A DNA stretch of 50,077 bases from Candidatus Parcubacteria bacterium (GCA_027324805.1 DAHVRZ010000005.1:1-50077), one strand, 5' to 3'. Shown: positions 1 through 10,600, counted from the stretch's first letter. Made by a program: numbers and translations. Notes: generated from the sequence alone by a model not told the origin.

Positions 1-389
1 ACAACATCGTCCTTCCCACAACGGGCGCCTACGGGATCACCGTGAACGACGGCTCCGCCCTCGTCACTTCCACGGTCTTCATGGACCTCAATACTGTCGC
101 CACCACCACCATTCCGTTCAACACGTATACGACGGCATCGAACCAGTATCCCGGCCAAACGATACCTTTCACCTTCAACGGCACCGCGGGACAAGCGATC
201 AACCTCGTCTGGTCGAGCAACTGGACCAACGGGTGTCCGAACTTCAATCTCACGAACCCGTCCGGCACCACGATGCAGAACACGACCCAGTGCGGTACCG
301 GCTGGTCCTGGAACAACATCGTCCTTCCCACAACGGGCGCCTACGGGATCACCGTGAACGACGGCTCCGCCCTCGTCACTTCCACGGTC
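1..389 (+). repeat. Exact 77-bp direct repeat (1-77 = 313-389), period 312 bp
   Basis: acaacatcgtccttcccacaacgggcgcc...cacttccacggtc occurs at both positions; the period equals 104 codons. Confidence 0.95.
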
Positions 390-719
390 ATGCTGAGCGC
401 TTCGGCGAACCTCGGCACCTTATCGCCCAACACCAATACCACGTTCAGCAACAGTTATGCCGGCCAGTATATCTCCATGACTTTCAGCGCAAGCTCCGGG
501 CAGGTGGTGAACGTTTCGGGCTCCGGAATCGTGCGTTCCGGCGGTAATTGTCCGACGTATTATCTCCTCAACCCTTCGGGCGGCGTCGTACAGAACACCG
601 GCGTCTGCGGCAGTTCCTTCTCCCTCGGCAGTACCACGCTTTCGACCGCCGGAACGTACACCGTTTCCATGAACCCCGGCGTCGATCTCGTCACAACCAC
701 GCTTTATCTGGGGGAGTGA
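3..719 (+). CDS. C-terminal part of a secreted/surface protein with ~104-aa tandem beta-sandwich (PPC-like) repeats, 5'-truncated by the window edge
   Basis: Frame is open from position 3. Thr/Ser/Asn-rich; units resemble FTFNGTAGQAINL...L.NPSG...LPTTGAY.ITV with a Cys pair in each unit. Confidence 0.75.
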   Translation, partial: NIVLPTTGAYGITVNDGSALVTSTVFMDLNTVATTTIPFNTYTTASNQYPGQTIPFTFNGTAGQAINLVWSSNWTNGCPNFNLTNPSGTTMQNTTQCGTGWSWNNIVLPTTGAYGITVNDGSALVTSTVMLSASANLGTLSPNTNTTFSNSYAGQYISMTFSASSGQVVNVSGSGIVRSGGNCPTYYLLNPSGGVVQNTGVCGSSFSLGSTTLSTAGTYTVSMNPGVDLVTTTLYLGE

Positions 720-737
720 TTCCTGCCGCAGCATTGT

Positions 738-782
738 TTGACATCCGTTCCTTCCCGCGCTATAGTTCAATATATATTGAAC
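738..782 (+). promoter_or_regulatory. Sigma70 promoter with overlapping 18-bp palindromic operator (probable ArsR site)
   Basis: TTGACA (738-743), 17-bp spacer, TATAGT (761-766). Perfect palindrome GTTCAATATATATTGAAC at 765-782, just before the arsR ATG. Confidence 0.85.
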
Positions 783-783
783 C

Positions 784-1032
784 ATGAAAAACCTTTGGCT
801 TTTCGACGAAAAGAGGGTGGCGATCCTGCAAAAGCTCCTTTCCTGCGATGCGGCGACGGGCTGCGATCTTCGGGAGTGCCTGAAAATGAAGAAAGCCCTC
901 CTTTCCTATCACCTAAAGGTCCTACGAGATAAAGGGATCGTCGAGGAGACGAAAGAGGGGAGGGATAAATATTATAAGATCAGGAGCCGCAAAGTGCCGT
1001 TCGTAAAAACAGTTGTTTCGGTCGTTGATTGA
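784..1032 (+). CDS. ArsR/SmtB family transcriptional regulator
   Basis: Winged-helix signature R..IL..L...LSYHLKVLRDKGIV...KEGR..YY; three Cys in the helix-3 region. Confidence 0.85.
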   Translation: MKNLWLFDEKRVAILQKLLSCDAATGCDLRECLKMKKALLSYHLKVLRDKGIVEETKEGRDKYYKIRSRKVPFVKTVVSVVD

Positions 1033-1078
1033 AATCATAAAAGATCCGTAATACAAAAATAACAATTATATTAAAGCA

Positions 1079-1705
1079 ATGAACATCGCATATTTCCGTA
1101 AAACCAAAAAGACCAAAGAGGAGGCGCTTGCTTCACTGAAAGAGGGGTTTGCAAAACGGGGTATCGCCATTGCGGCGGAAAAGACACTTCCGTCGGGATC
1201 GGTGCTTGTACAATTCATGGATGAGGCGAAGACCGCCGCCATATTAAAGGAGGACCGCATGCTGCTCGGGCTCATCCCCATGGTTGCCATGATCGATATG
1301 GACGGCAAGCAGGTTTCCGTCGGGATCATGAATCCGCAGCTTATGCAGGGAACCGAACATCTCGATGCGCTTGAGGAAACGGTGGGGGATATGACGAATG
1401 ACCTGCGTTTGTTGGTGAATGAGGTTGCGGGTGTCGGCGAGCCGAAGATCTCAAAGGTGAAGCTTTATTCGACCGCCACATGCCCGTACTGCAAAATGGA
1501 AAAGGAATATCTCGAAAAAAACAATGTTGCGTTCGATCTTGTCATGGTGGACGCCGACCGCAAAGCGGCACAAGAAATGATCCAAAAGTCCGGAAGGACG
1601 GGTGTTCCTCAGACGGAGATCATCTATGATGACGGCGATTCGGAGATCGTCATGGGATTCGACCGGGAACAGCTCGCTCAGCTTTTAATGGTGGGGAAGG
1701 CTTGA
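1079..1705 (+). CDS. DUF302-like domain fused to a C-terminal glutaredoxin (NrdH/YruB-like)
   Basis: C-terminal VKLYSTATCPYC...SGRTGVPQ...GFD is a glutaredoxin. The N-terminal ~120 aa (EEALASLKEGF..RGI...VSVGIMNP) resemble DUF302. Confidence 0.75.
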   Translation: MNIAYFRKTKKTKEEALASLKEGFAKRGIAIAAEKTLPSGSVLVQFMDEAKTAAILKEDRMLLGLIPMVAMIDMDGKQVSVGIMNPQLMQGTEHLDALEETVGDMTNDLRLLVNEVAGVGEPKISKVKLYSTATCPYCKMEKEYLEKNNVAFDLVMVDADRKAAQEMIQKSGRTGVPQTEIIYDDGDSEIVMGFDREQLAQLLMVGKA

Positions 1706-1852
1706 TTTTTGGTGTGCGGGGCTAGTGGTATTATATTTTACGGTTTCCCCATAGAAAAGTTTTCCACAGTCTCTATGGTATAAATATGGCATTTCAGGTA
1801 CCATATTTGTACGGATGGGTTGTATATGGCCATCTTCACTCCAGAGACGTGT

Positions 1853-4800
1853 ATGAAGATTATTTATAAGGGAAATCGTAATTTGTTTATTGCGACCGGC
1901 ACAATTGTTGCCGCTGTTTTGATTTTTGGTGCGGTAGGTTTGCTGCCGAAAAAGACCTATGCTTCCACGATAGGAGCTCAGGCATCACTCTCGGGAGGCG
2001 TCTCCGGTTCATACGGGAATCTTCTTACGTATAACGGCAGTAATATATGGTCATTGAATTCGGACAGCAGTCTTACGAAATGGGGGCACTACGGCCCGAT
2101 CATTACCTATCCTTCTTCTACGGCCGGAATGTCGGTTACAACGACGGCCTCTATTTCAGCCATAGCGTCCGACTCGAGCGGTAATCTTTGGTTGGCGGAA
2201 CAGGTCAATGTGAGCGGAAGCTCTCACGGCCATATCGTCAAAGTTTCTCCTTCGGGAACCGTCTTGGCGGCCCTTGATCTTGGCGGAACCGAGACGCCTT
2301 ACGGAGCGGTTGTTGATAGCAGTGGGAACCTATGGACGGAAAATCGGGACAGTTACGTATCAGAGGTTTCGGCGACGGGAACGCTCATTGGGACGTATAA
2401 CGTTTCGGCCAGCCAGCTTCAAAATATTACATCCGACGGAACTCATGCATGGGTATCGGGTGGCAATACGATAGAAGAAGTCTCTTCCACCGGTACCGTT
2501 CTTGCAACGGTTACCCTTCCATCATCCTATTACGATATTTTTGGTATTGCTTTTGACGGAACCAATATCTGGGCGACCTATCAGAGCTTTCAGACATCCA
2601 CCGATAATGGCGTGGTGGTCATCTCTCCTTCTTCCGGCACGGTGATCGCGACCTACCCCGGAAGCGGCGGTATAACCAATATCACTTCTATTGGGTTCGA
2701 CGGCACCAATATGTGGATTTCATATGGCGCAGGCGTTGCGCGGATCTCTCCCACCGGCACCTACACTCTTTATCCCGGAGATAATGGCGGATCCACTCAA
2801 ACGAACAATAATCAAACTTTTGCTTATAATGCCGGCGATAAGACCATGTGGACGAGCGCGCGATACGGGGCGACGTATGTGATGCAAACCACCGCGACCG
2901 TACCGAGCGTTTCGTCTCTGAGCGCTCTTTCGGGAAGTTATCCCTTGTCGCCATCGTTCTCGAGCGCAACGACGAGCTATGCGATGTCCGTTCTTGAAAA
3001 TGCCTCGAGCGTTAATGTGGTTGCGACGACAACCGATCCACTTGCCGAATTATTCATCAATAGCAACACCACATCCACCCTGAATGGCGTGCCGACCACC
3101 ATTCCGTTCTCTCAGGGCGCTTTTGGTGCGGATGGAAGCACGTATTTCGTTAAGGTGCTTGCCCAGGATTATTCCTCGACACAGTACCCTATTGCCATTG
3201 CGGCAACAACCACCCCCGATTCGGCGCTCACCTTTACCTCCACGAATGATTCGATCGGTTGCCCCTCAACGACGCCCGTGCACTGTACGCTTACTGCGAC
3301 GAGCACCAAATTTTTAATTCCATTCGATTTCACCCCGACTCTTACGGTTCCCGGAGGGAGCATGACGATCAATGGGGCGCCATGGACGAGCGGTACGGAT
3401 TATACAAGCAGTACCGTGCAGGGAGGAACCTCTTTGACCATTAACGTTACGGGTGTGGATAGTTCTACCTCGACCTATCAAATCAGCGTCAGTGCAAATT
3501 ATCCTTATATTTCCGGGGAATCGGATTTCGGTTCATTCTCCCAGTTCAATATTCTTAACCTTACGACAATCGGCAGTAATGCCTGGGCCACTGACAATAG
3601 CGGAAATCTTTATGAAATAACGCCATCGGGAACCGTCACTGAGCATGTCTACGGCGGCACCGATCCAAACCCATCGCCTTTTGGCCTTGTCACTGATGGG
3701 ACTAATCTGTTTATGATCGGTAATGAATATCCGACGAGCGGCATCATAGAATATATGCCCGGCAGTAATACGTGGAAAACATACAACCCTCCTTATGCCA
3801 ACAATACGGATGGCTATTTCGGCGGGGCTGTCGATAAAAACGGCAATATATGGGCCATCAACTGGGATGATGACAGTATTATGGAGATGTCACCCACGGG
3901 GACATTCCTTGGCAATTTCCCCAATGCCACGACCACAAGCTATCTTGAAACGTATGGCGCAATGGCATATGACGGAACCAATATGTGGGCGTATAGCGGG
4001 AATAAATATCTTACCGAATTTTCGCCTACGGGCACCATCCTTACTTCAGTGAATCTCACGAGCGGTTGCTATCCATCAGGAGCAACGTTCGACGGAACCA
4101 ATATATGGGTGCTTGATATGTGCGGTACCGTAAATGAAATTTCTCCGAGCGGTACGATACTCAAAACCCTAAGCACTGCAGGAAGCAATGAGGGTGGCAT
4201 CGTATTCGACGGTTCCAATATTTGGGTTATGGGAAGAGGCTATGTTACGAAGATAGTTCCTTCTTCCGCTCAGGAATATGCGTATCAATACAAACAGACG
4301 AATGGATATGCCGCGGCATATGCGGCGGGAACAAGCATGCTATGGGCATCCGGGCATGGCGCAACGACCTTCTCACCAAACCAGCCTGGAAGCGGCCCCT
4401 CGACCTATTCCGTCACCGTAACGCAGGGGAGTAACGGCACTATCTCTCCGGGAACTCAGGCAAGCATTTCGAGCGGTTCCTCCCAAACATTCACCATTAC
4501 TCCTTCTTCCGGTTATGAGATTGCGACGCTTACCATTGATGGATCCTCTGTCGCCACATCGACCTCATATACGTTCTCGAATATAACCGCGAATCATACG
4601 ATCACCGCGAGCTTTTCCGCCATACCTTCTTCTTCCTCCGGCGGTGGTAGTTCCGCGCCGATCGTTGTTTCGGTAGCTTCGGGTGGTGGGGGAGGTGGTG
4701 GCTATATTCCTCCGACACAGCCTTCCAATCCGTCATCTCTCGCGCCGAGCACCTCGACCGCGCCCACGAATACAAACACGAACACCAATACGAATACCGC

Positions 4801-7432
4801 GACGAGCACCGCTTCGACGACCCCATCTACAATCCCGCCTCCAGCACCGTCTTCCACTCTGGCGAATCTCACCGGCATAACAACCTCGACAACCTCGACG
4901 CCGCCCCTTCCTCCCACACCGCACGTTCCCACTTCCACGAAGGGCAAGAGCGATGCCTATGTTTTTGCCGTCCTTAATGTCGTGAATGGATATGGTGGCG
5001 TCACGCTTCCATCCTCCTTTACTCTTTCCGTTAAGGGCAAGGGCGTTTCACCCTCATCATTCAAGGGTAATAATTCAGGGACCATGATTGCCCTTGTTCC
5101 CGGAAGCTATTCCGTTATTGCACATGCCTATGCCGGATATTCTTTTGCATATACCCCGGACTGCAAGGGTTTCGCGGCTTCCCATAATGTAGCGACCTGC
5201 GTTGTCACCGCGACCCAGCTTCAGCCCCCCGTACTCACCGTCATACAGAGCGTTGTGAATAATGCCTTCGGAACCGCCCTTTCATCGGCTTTCACTGTGA
5301 AGGTTGCGGGTACGCGGGTTTCTTCGTCGAGCTTCGCCGGCGATGCGGCTGGGACTATTGTTTCCCTCGCGCCTGGCCGTTATTCCGTTTCAGAGAAGAC
5401 GATTCCCGGATACACCCTTTCCTATTCCAAGAGCTGTTCCGGCAGTGTGACATACGGTGCCGCTCCCATCTGTACGATCACCGCAACAAATCCTGAGGTT
5501 GCCCATCTCTTTGTCCTTCAAAATGTCGTGAACGCATACGGCGGCACGAAGATCGCTTCAAATTTCAGCATCACCGTGAAAGGGAGGTCCCCGTCACCAT
5601 CCTTCTTTTCGGGAAACGCTTCCGGCACTCTCGTCACTCTCGCTCCCGGCGCGTACACTGTTTTCGAACGTGCCGTAGCGGGATATGGCATCACTCTCTC
5701 TCCTGAGTGTACGGGCGCTGCGATTGCCGGACAGACGATCATCTGTACGATCAATACCGCGGAACTCCCGCCACCCACGCTCACCGTGATCGGGAGCGTC
5801 GTGAACAGCTACTTCGGAACCGCTTCGTCCTCAAATCTCGCCCTCCGTGTCAGCGGCACCAGGGTAACCCCTTCCTCCTTTACGGGTAATGCATCGGGAA
5901 CGGTCATTTCTCTCGCCGCCGGTAGCTATGCGGTCGCGGCGACCGCTCCCAAGGGCTACACCCTCACCTATTCGTCCGCATGTAAGGGGAGTGTCACTTA
6001 CGGTAGCGCGCCTGTCTGTACTGTTGTTGCGAGCGATCCGCCCGTTGCACGCCTCATTGTCACCGAAGCCGTCCTTAATAACTATGGCGGGACGAAGACG
6101 GCCGGTAGCTTCTCGGTCTCCGTGCGCGGGGTTTCCGTTTCTCCCTCCTTCTTCTCCGGCAATGCCTCCGGTACTGTTGTCACCTTGAAGCCCGGCGACT
6201 ATTCGGTTTCCCAGCGTGCCGTCGCGGGCTACCAAACAACGCTTTCTCCGGGTTGCACGGGGACTATTGTTGCGGGCGAGGTCGTCCAGTGTACGATCGT
6301 CGCCGGTGATCTTCCGTCGCCCCTCCTTACTGTTTATGCGGGAACCGTTTCCGCATACGGCGGCAAGGCCGTTCCTTCCAATCTTACACTCACCGCCCAC
6401 GGAACGAATGTTGCGCCTTCGACCTTTTCGGGAAGCACGGCGGGCACCCTCGTCACCCTCGCCCCCGGTAGCTGGTCGGTCTCCGCGCGATCCCTCACGG
6501 GCTACACACTCCAGTATTCCGGTTGTTCCGGCCGCGTGACGTACGGGAGCAACCCCGTCTGCACTATCATCGCGACGCAGGTGAAGCCGCGGGGTTGGGT
6601 CCCACCGCCCGTCGTTCTGCCCCCCACGCCGACAAGCACCCCCACCTCGACACCTGTGATACCGAGCTCGACGACGCCCACGAGTACGCCGTCCACGCCG
6701 ACATCCAGCACTCCCATTACGCCGACATCCACCACTGCGGTTCCGACGAGCACGCCTTCGACGCCTACTACCACAACAACACAGCTTCCGATTTCAACCG
6801 CACCGCTTACACCTCCTTCGAACGGCGTTACCGTTGATAACGGCACTTCCACCGTCTCGACGACGACCGTCGTATTGAATCTTCCCTCCTCATACATCGC
6901 CCCCGGCACGGTGAGTATTGCGAACAATGGAGGCGCACCCGGACCGACGGTTTCCGTCCCCTCCGGTCCCTATCAATGGACTCTCACTCCGGGCGATGGC
7001 GTAAAAACAGTCACTGTTTTCTATACTGCCCCCGGTTCGTCCTCGGCGACGGCGAGCTCTACATTCCAGGTTTTCCTGGATACCGGAAGTGACATTATTC
7101 AGCAACCCCAACTCGATTGTACCGGCCTCTATCTTACCGGTTACGCTTTCGCGAACCAGCCGAGCGATCCCACCACTGTCATCCGCATTCAGCAGTTCCT
7201 CAATAAATATATGGGTGACGATCTTGCGGTGACCGGTATCTATGACAAAGCGACCCAGGATGCCGTCAACCAGTTCCAGCTCGAATACAACCAAGAGATT
7301 CTCGCTCCGTGGGTGCCCTACGGACTTCCGAATTCGACCACCCCCACTTCGAACATCTACAAGACGACCCAGCGTTGGATCAATGTCCTTGCCTGCCCGG
7401 GGATCAGTCTGCCGACGCCAAAACTGCCTTAG
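1853..7432 (+). CDS. Giant modular surface protein: two beta-propeller regions, cadherin-like and InlB-B-like domains, six Cys-paired Ig-like repeats, Pro/Thr linkers, C-terminal peptidoglycan-binding domain
   Basis: N-terminal hydrophobic segment; recurring FDGTNIW/DSSGNLW blade motifs; LSPSFSSATTSY; C-terminal VIRIQQFLN...TGIYDKATQDAVNQFQ (PG_binding_1-like). Start could be 1820-1853. Confidence 0.85.
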   Translation: MKIIYKGNRNLFIATGTIVAAVLIFGAVGLLPKKTYASTIGAQASLSGGVSGSYGNLLTYNGSNIWSLNSDSSLTKWGHYGPIITYPSSTAGMSVTTTASISAIASDSSGNLWLAEQVNVSGSSHGHIVKVSPSGTVLAALDLGGTETPYGAVVDSSGNLWTENRDSYVSEVSATGTLIGTYNVSASQLQNITSDGTHAWVSGGNTIEEVSSTGTVLATVTLPSSYYDIFGIAFDGTNIWATYQSFQTSTDNGVVVISPSSGTVIATYPGSGGITNITSIGFDGTNMWISYGAGVARISPTGTYTLYPGDNGGSTQTNNNQTFAYNAGDKTMWTSARYGATYVMQTTATVPSVSSLSALSGSYPLSPSFSSATTSYAMSVLENASSVNVVATTTDPLAELFINSNTTSTLNGVPTTIPFSQGAFGADGSTYFVKVLAQDYSSTQYPIAIAATTTPDSALTFTSTNDSIGCPSTTPVHCTLTATSTKFLIPFDFTPTLTVPGGSMTINGAPWTSGTDYTSSTVQGGTSLTINVTGVDSSTSTYQISVSANYPYISGESDFGSFSQFNILNLTTIGSNAWATDNSGNLYEITPSGTVTEHVYGGTDPNPSPFGLVTDGTNLFMIGNEYPTSGIIEYMPGSNTWKTYNPPYANNTDGYFGGAVDKNGNIWAINWDDDSIMEMSPTGTFLGNFPNATTTSYLETYGAMAYDGTNMWAYSGNKYLTEFSPTGTILTSVNLTSGCYPSGATFDGTNIWVLDMCGTVNEISPSGTILKTLSTAGSNEGGIVFDGSNIWVMGRGYVTKIVPSSAQEYAYQYKQTNGYAAAYAAGTSMLWASGHGATTFSPNQPGSGPSTYSVTVTQGSNGTISPGTQASISSGSSQTFTITPSSGYEIATLTIDGSSVATSTSYTFSNITANHTITASFSAIPSSSSGGGSSAPIVVSVASGGGGGGGYIPPTQPSNPSSLAPSTSTAPTNTNTNTNTNTATSTASTTPSTIPPPAPSSTLANLTGITTSTTSTPPLPPTPHVPTSTKGKSDAYVFAVLNVVNGYGGVTLPSSFTLSVKGKGVSPSSFKGNNSGTMIALVPGSYSVIAHAYAGYSFAYTPDCKGFAASHNVATCVVTATQLQPPVLTVIQSVVNNAFGTALSSAFTVKVAGTRVSSSSFAGDAAGTIVSLAPGRYSVSEKTIPGYTLSYSKSCSGSVTYGAAPICTITATNPEVAHLFVLQNVVNAYGGTKIASNFSITVKGRSPSPSFFSGNASGTLVTLAPGAYTVFERAVAGYGITLSPECTGAAIAGQTIICTINTAELPPPTLTVIGSVVNSYFGTASSSNLALRVSGTRVTPSSFTGNASGTVISLAAGSYAVAATAPKGYTLTYSSACKGSVTYGSAPVCTVVASDPPVARLIVTEAVLNNYGGTKTAGSFSVSVRGVSVSPSFFSGNASGTVVTLKPGDYSVSQRAVAGYQTTLSPGCTGTIVAGEVVQCTIVAGDLPSPLLTVYAGTVSAYGGKAVPSNLTLTAHGTNVAPSTFSGSTAGTLVTLAPGSWSVSARSLTGYTLQYSGCSGRVTYGSNPVCTIIATQVKPRGWVPPPVVLPPTPTSTPTSTPVIPSSTTPTSTPSTPTSSTPITPTSTTAVPTSTPSTPTTTTTQLPISTAPLTPPSNGVTVDNGTSTVSTTTVVLNLPSSYIAPGTVSIANNGGAPGPTVSVPSGPYQWTLTPGDGVKTVTVFYTAPGSSSATASSTFQVFLDTGSDIIQQPQLDCTGLYLTGYAFANQPSDPTTVIRIQQFLNKYMGDDLAVTGIYDKATQDAVNQFQLEYNQEILAPWVPYGLPNSTTPTSNIYKTTQRWINVLACPGISLPTPKLP
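4955..6590 (+). repeat. Six tandem ~91-aa protein repeats in an alternating (AB)3 pattern
   Basis: Each unit reads V...VVN.YGG...F...V.G...SPS.F.G...GT...L.PG.YSV...GY...C.G...C. Units 2, 4 and 6 share G(S/R)VTYG..P.CT. Confidence 0.9.
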
Positions 7433-7458
7433 GTATAAAAAAGAGCCGATCTTGTTTT

Positions 7459-7482
7459 CCGCCCGAAATTTCGGGCGGTTTT
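7459..7482 (+). terminator. Intrinsic terminator
   Basis: ccgcccga-aatt-tcgggcgg followed by tttt, downstream of the 7432 stop. Confidence 0.7.
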
Positions 7483-7531
7483 GGTGTATAAGTTGTGTAT
7501 AAATAGGGTAAAAATATAAGCCTTTTCGTGA

Positions 7532-7561
7532 TTGACAGACCCAATGGCATGCTCCTATGAT
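7532..7561 (+). promoter_or_regulatory. Putative sigma70 promoter of the second surface protein gene
   Basis: TTGACA, 18-bp spacer, TATGAT. Confidence 0.55.
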
Positions 7562-7691
7562 GGACGCATCGGGTTTAATATTGTAAAATACTGTAATTAT
7601 TAAGAGATTTATAGCTAAAGGGAGTCAGGCCGAAGCTCCATCGCTATCAAAAAGAACGCTTCCGGGACGATAAATAAATAACAATACAACC

Positions 7692-10600
7692 ATGAAAAAG
7701 ATCACCTTAGCGGGTCTTATTTTTGCATTTTCGCTTTTGGGAATAAATACGATGGCGCATGCGATAATCGCACCGGCTCCGTGCAGTACGGCCGGCACGC
7801 CGTTTGTGACGCTTACCCAGCACATCACGAACGATCCGGATTCCGGCACCTCCGGTAACTGGGCAACCGATGCATTCACGGAACACGTCGCCGTGTGGCT
7901 CGGCAGCGACAATGCGACCTATTGTGCGACCGCGAGCACGACGGACGGCACGTTCGTGACGAGCGGCGGCATTTCTCCGGAGAAAGGAACATACCTCGCG
8001 CCGGGTATCACCGGTACTTTTACCGGCGGCGAAAGTTATATCATCCCATCAACTGCGGCGCTTTCGGACCTGTACAGCACTTCGACGCCGACCTCGACCG
8101 TTTTGCCCGACAGCAATACCGCGGGATTCTCCTGGTGGGTAAATAATGTATTTCCCTCCATTTCCACGAGCAGCGGCTCGAGTCTCACCAATGCCTATTC
8201 GCTTACTTACGTAACCGATCACTATGGCACATGGACCGACGCGAATACCGGTGATGTCGGTGATCTTGGTCCTGCGGTCAATATGACCACCCATACGGGG
8301 TATGGAACCATCCAGGCGGCGGTGAACGCCGCATCGGCGGGCGATACGATCGCCGTCGCCTCCGGCACCTATAATGAGACCGTTTCGATCACGAAGCCGC
8401 TCACGCTTGAAGGTGCCCAGGCGGGCGTTCAGGGCGCGAATGCGAGTTCCACTCCGCGTAACGGCGACGAATCCACTGTGATGGCCATGAATATATCATC
8501 CGGCAATGTGACGGTAAATGGCTTTTCATTCGCAAATCCGGGCAACCAGATGAACATAGGGTCGTCTACAATCCTTTCGGGAGTTGTTATTGAAAACAAT
8601 ATCTTTTCTGGTTATTCGAGCGTCGGCATGCCGACCAATCTCGCCGGCAATCTTGTCATTAAAGGGAACTTGTTCGAGAATCCCAAGGCAAGTTCCGAGC
8701 CGATGCAGATCAAATCGGACGAAACGGCAGGCGGTTGCAGTGGAACGGCAGTTGAAAATAATACATTCATCAATGCCGCCAATAACGGTGGTGCCGATAT
8801 TAATTTCTCCTGTACGGGGAGCGCATCATCCAACGTGACCGTTTCCGGGAATACCGATACCGGCAATACGGGGGAAACGAGTTTTGTCGCGCTTGCCGGC
8901 ATTGAAGGCGGTCTTACGATCTCCGATAATACCGCGACCGGCATCAGTGGTTCCGCTCTCTTCTTTTGGGGCGGAATGAACGGTTCCGCGTCGATCACCG
9001 GTAATGCGATCACGAACGGGGGCGGCAGCGTGGTTTCCATCCACCACGACCTTGACGGCGTAAATATGGGAACGTTCACTATCGCAAGCAATACTTTCTC
9101 GGGAAACGTCCGTGGTATTTATATCGCTTCTGGAGCGGTCGCATCAGGCGCTCAAATAATAGCACAAGGAAACAATCTTTCCGGGAATAGTACTGCGGGC
9201 ATCGATAATGAAGCGACGGTATCTACAAGCACTGCGGTTATTGCCACGGGCAACTGGTGGGGATCGATGAGCGGTCCCCTTGATGCGGTTTCGGGCGATG
9301 GGAGTATTCCCGATACGAACGCGAGCGGCACCGGATCGGCTGCCGTCGGCGCGGTGAAATATTCGGGGTGGTGCGTGAACTCGGCTTGTGCAACTCCGAC
9401 ACTTACGATCACCGCTCCTGCGGCGAATGGTAATTATGCCACCGGAACGTACGACTTTACGGCTTCGTATATGAACGGCGTTACGACAAACCTCGCCTGG
9501 GCGATCCGCGCCGACACGGGTTGCAGTACTGGAACGGTGGCGGGTAATGTCGATGGCTTCAATAACTCGAGCACGTTTTCGGGTAGCGCGTTCAGTGCGT
9601 CACTCGATACCACCAAATGGGCGAACGGGGAATACTGCTTCGTCGTGAACGACATGAATGGTTTGCGGATAACCCGCCTCTTCAATGTTTCGAACGGCGG
9701 ACCTTCCGTCCCGACGCTCAAAAGCCCGGTGAACGGAGATATTGAGGCGACGAATAAATTCTATTTCGCATGGAACCCGTCAGTCGAATCGCCGTCCAGT
9801 ACGATTACATACGAGTTTCATTCTTCCATGAACCCCACGGAGACGAACGGTGTCCTTACGACGGGCCTCTGGGATTCCGGAACGTTGACGACGACCACTA
9901 TCTATTCGTCCGGCGCACCGGACGGAACGTGGTACTGGCAGGTGCGTGCCAAGGATGCCGCCGGCAACACGAGCGCTTGGAGCAATATCTGGTCCATGAC
10001 GATCAACACTGCTCCAATCCCATCGCTTGCGACCTGCTCCGTGGGCACGACGCCGATTTTCGTGGAGACCACTATCGTGAATTCTGCTTCATCCACTCCG
10101 ACGGTTGGCGCGAACGACCTGGTTGCCGGCCAAACCTATCTCCTGGTGGCTTCGGGAACCTGGAAGAACGCGAGCCTCAATGTGGATGATCCGGCATACG
10201 CAAGCGTTGATAATTGGGCGACCTATATGCATGGCTACAACATTGCCCCGTACTATGAAGGAACTAATGATCTTACGCTTCAGGTGGATAACGCGTTCGT
10301 CAACTGGGGTGCGTACCAACCGACACATGAATACTCGTACCTTTATACGGGCACGGGAAATCCGGTCAGTTTCCGGGTGTTCGATGGAGATGCAAACGCT
10401 TCATCCGCCACGCCAAATCCTTCCTGGTATGGAGATAATGCCGGAAACCTTCAGGTCTCGGTGTATGCCTGCCATGCACCAACCTATGTGACGACCGATG
10501 CGGCGACGGGCGTGACCGCATCCGATGCGACGCTGAACGGCACGAACGGCGATTACAGCGCGGACTATCATTCGTTCTGGGTTTCCACTTCGACCTTCAG

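Noticed and set aside
1712-1755. tRNA-like start (gcggggctagtggta)
   Set aside because: No anticodon arm, T-loop (GTTCRA) or acceptor-stem complement follows.
4620-4935. Low-complexity Ser/Gly/Pro/Thr runs and (ACGAAT/ACCAAT)n
   Set aside because: In-frame linker coding with varied codons; not a CRISPR array or a contingency repeat.
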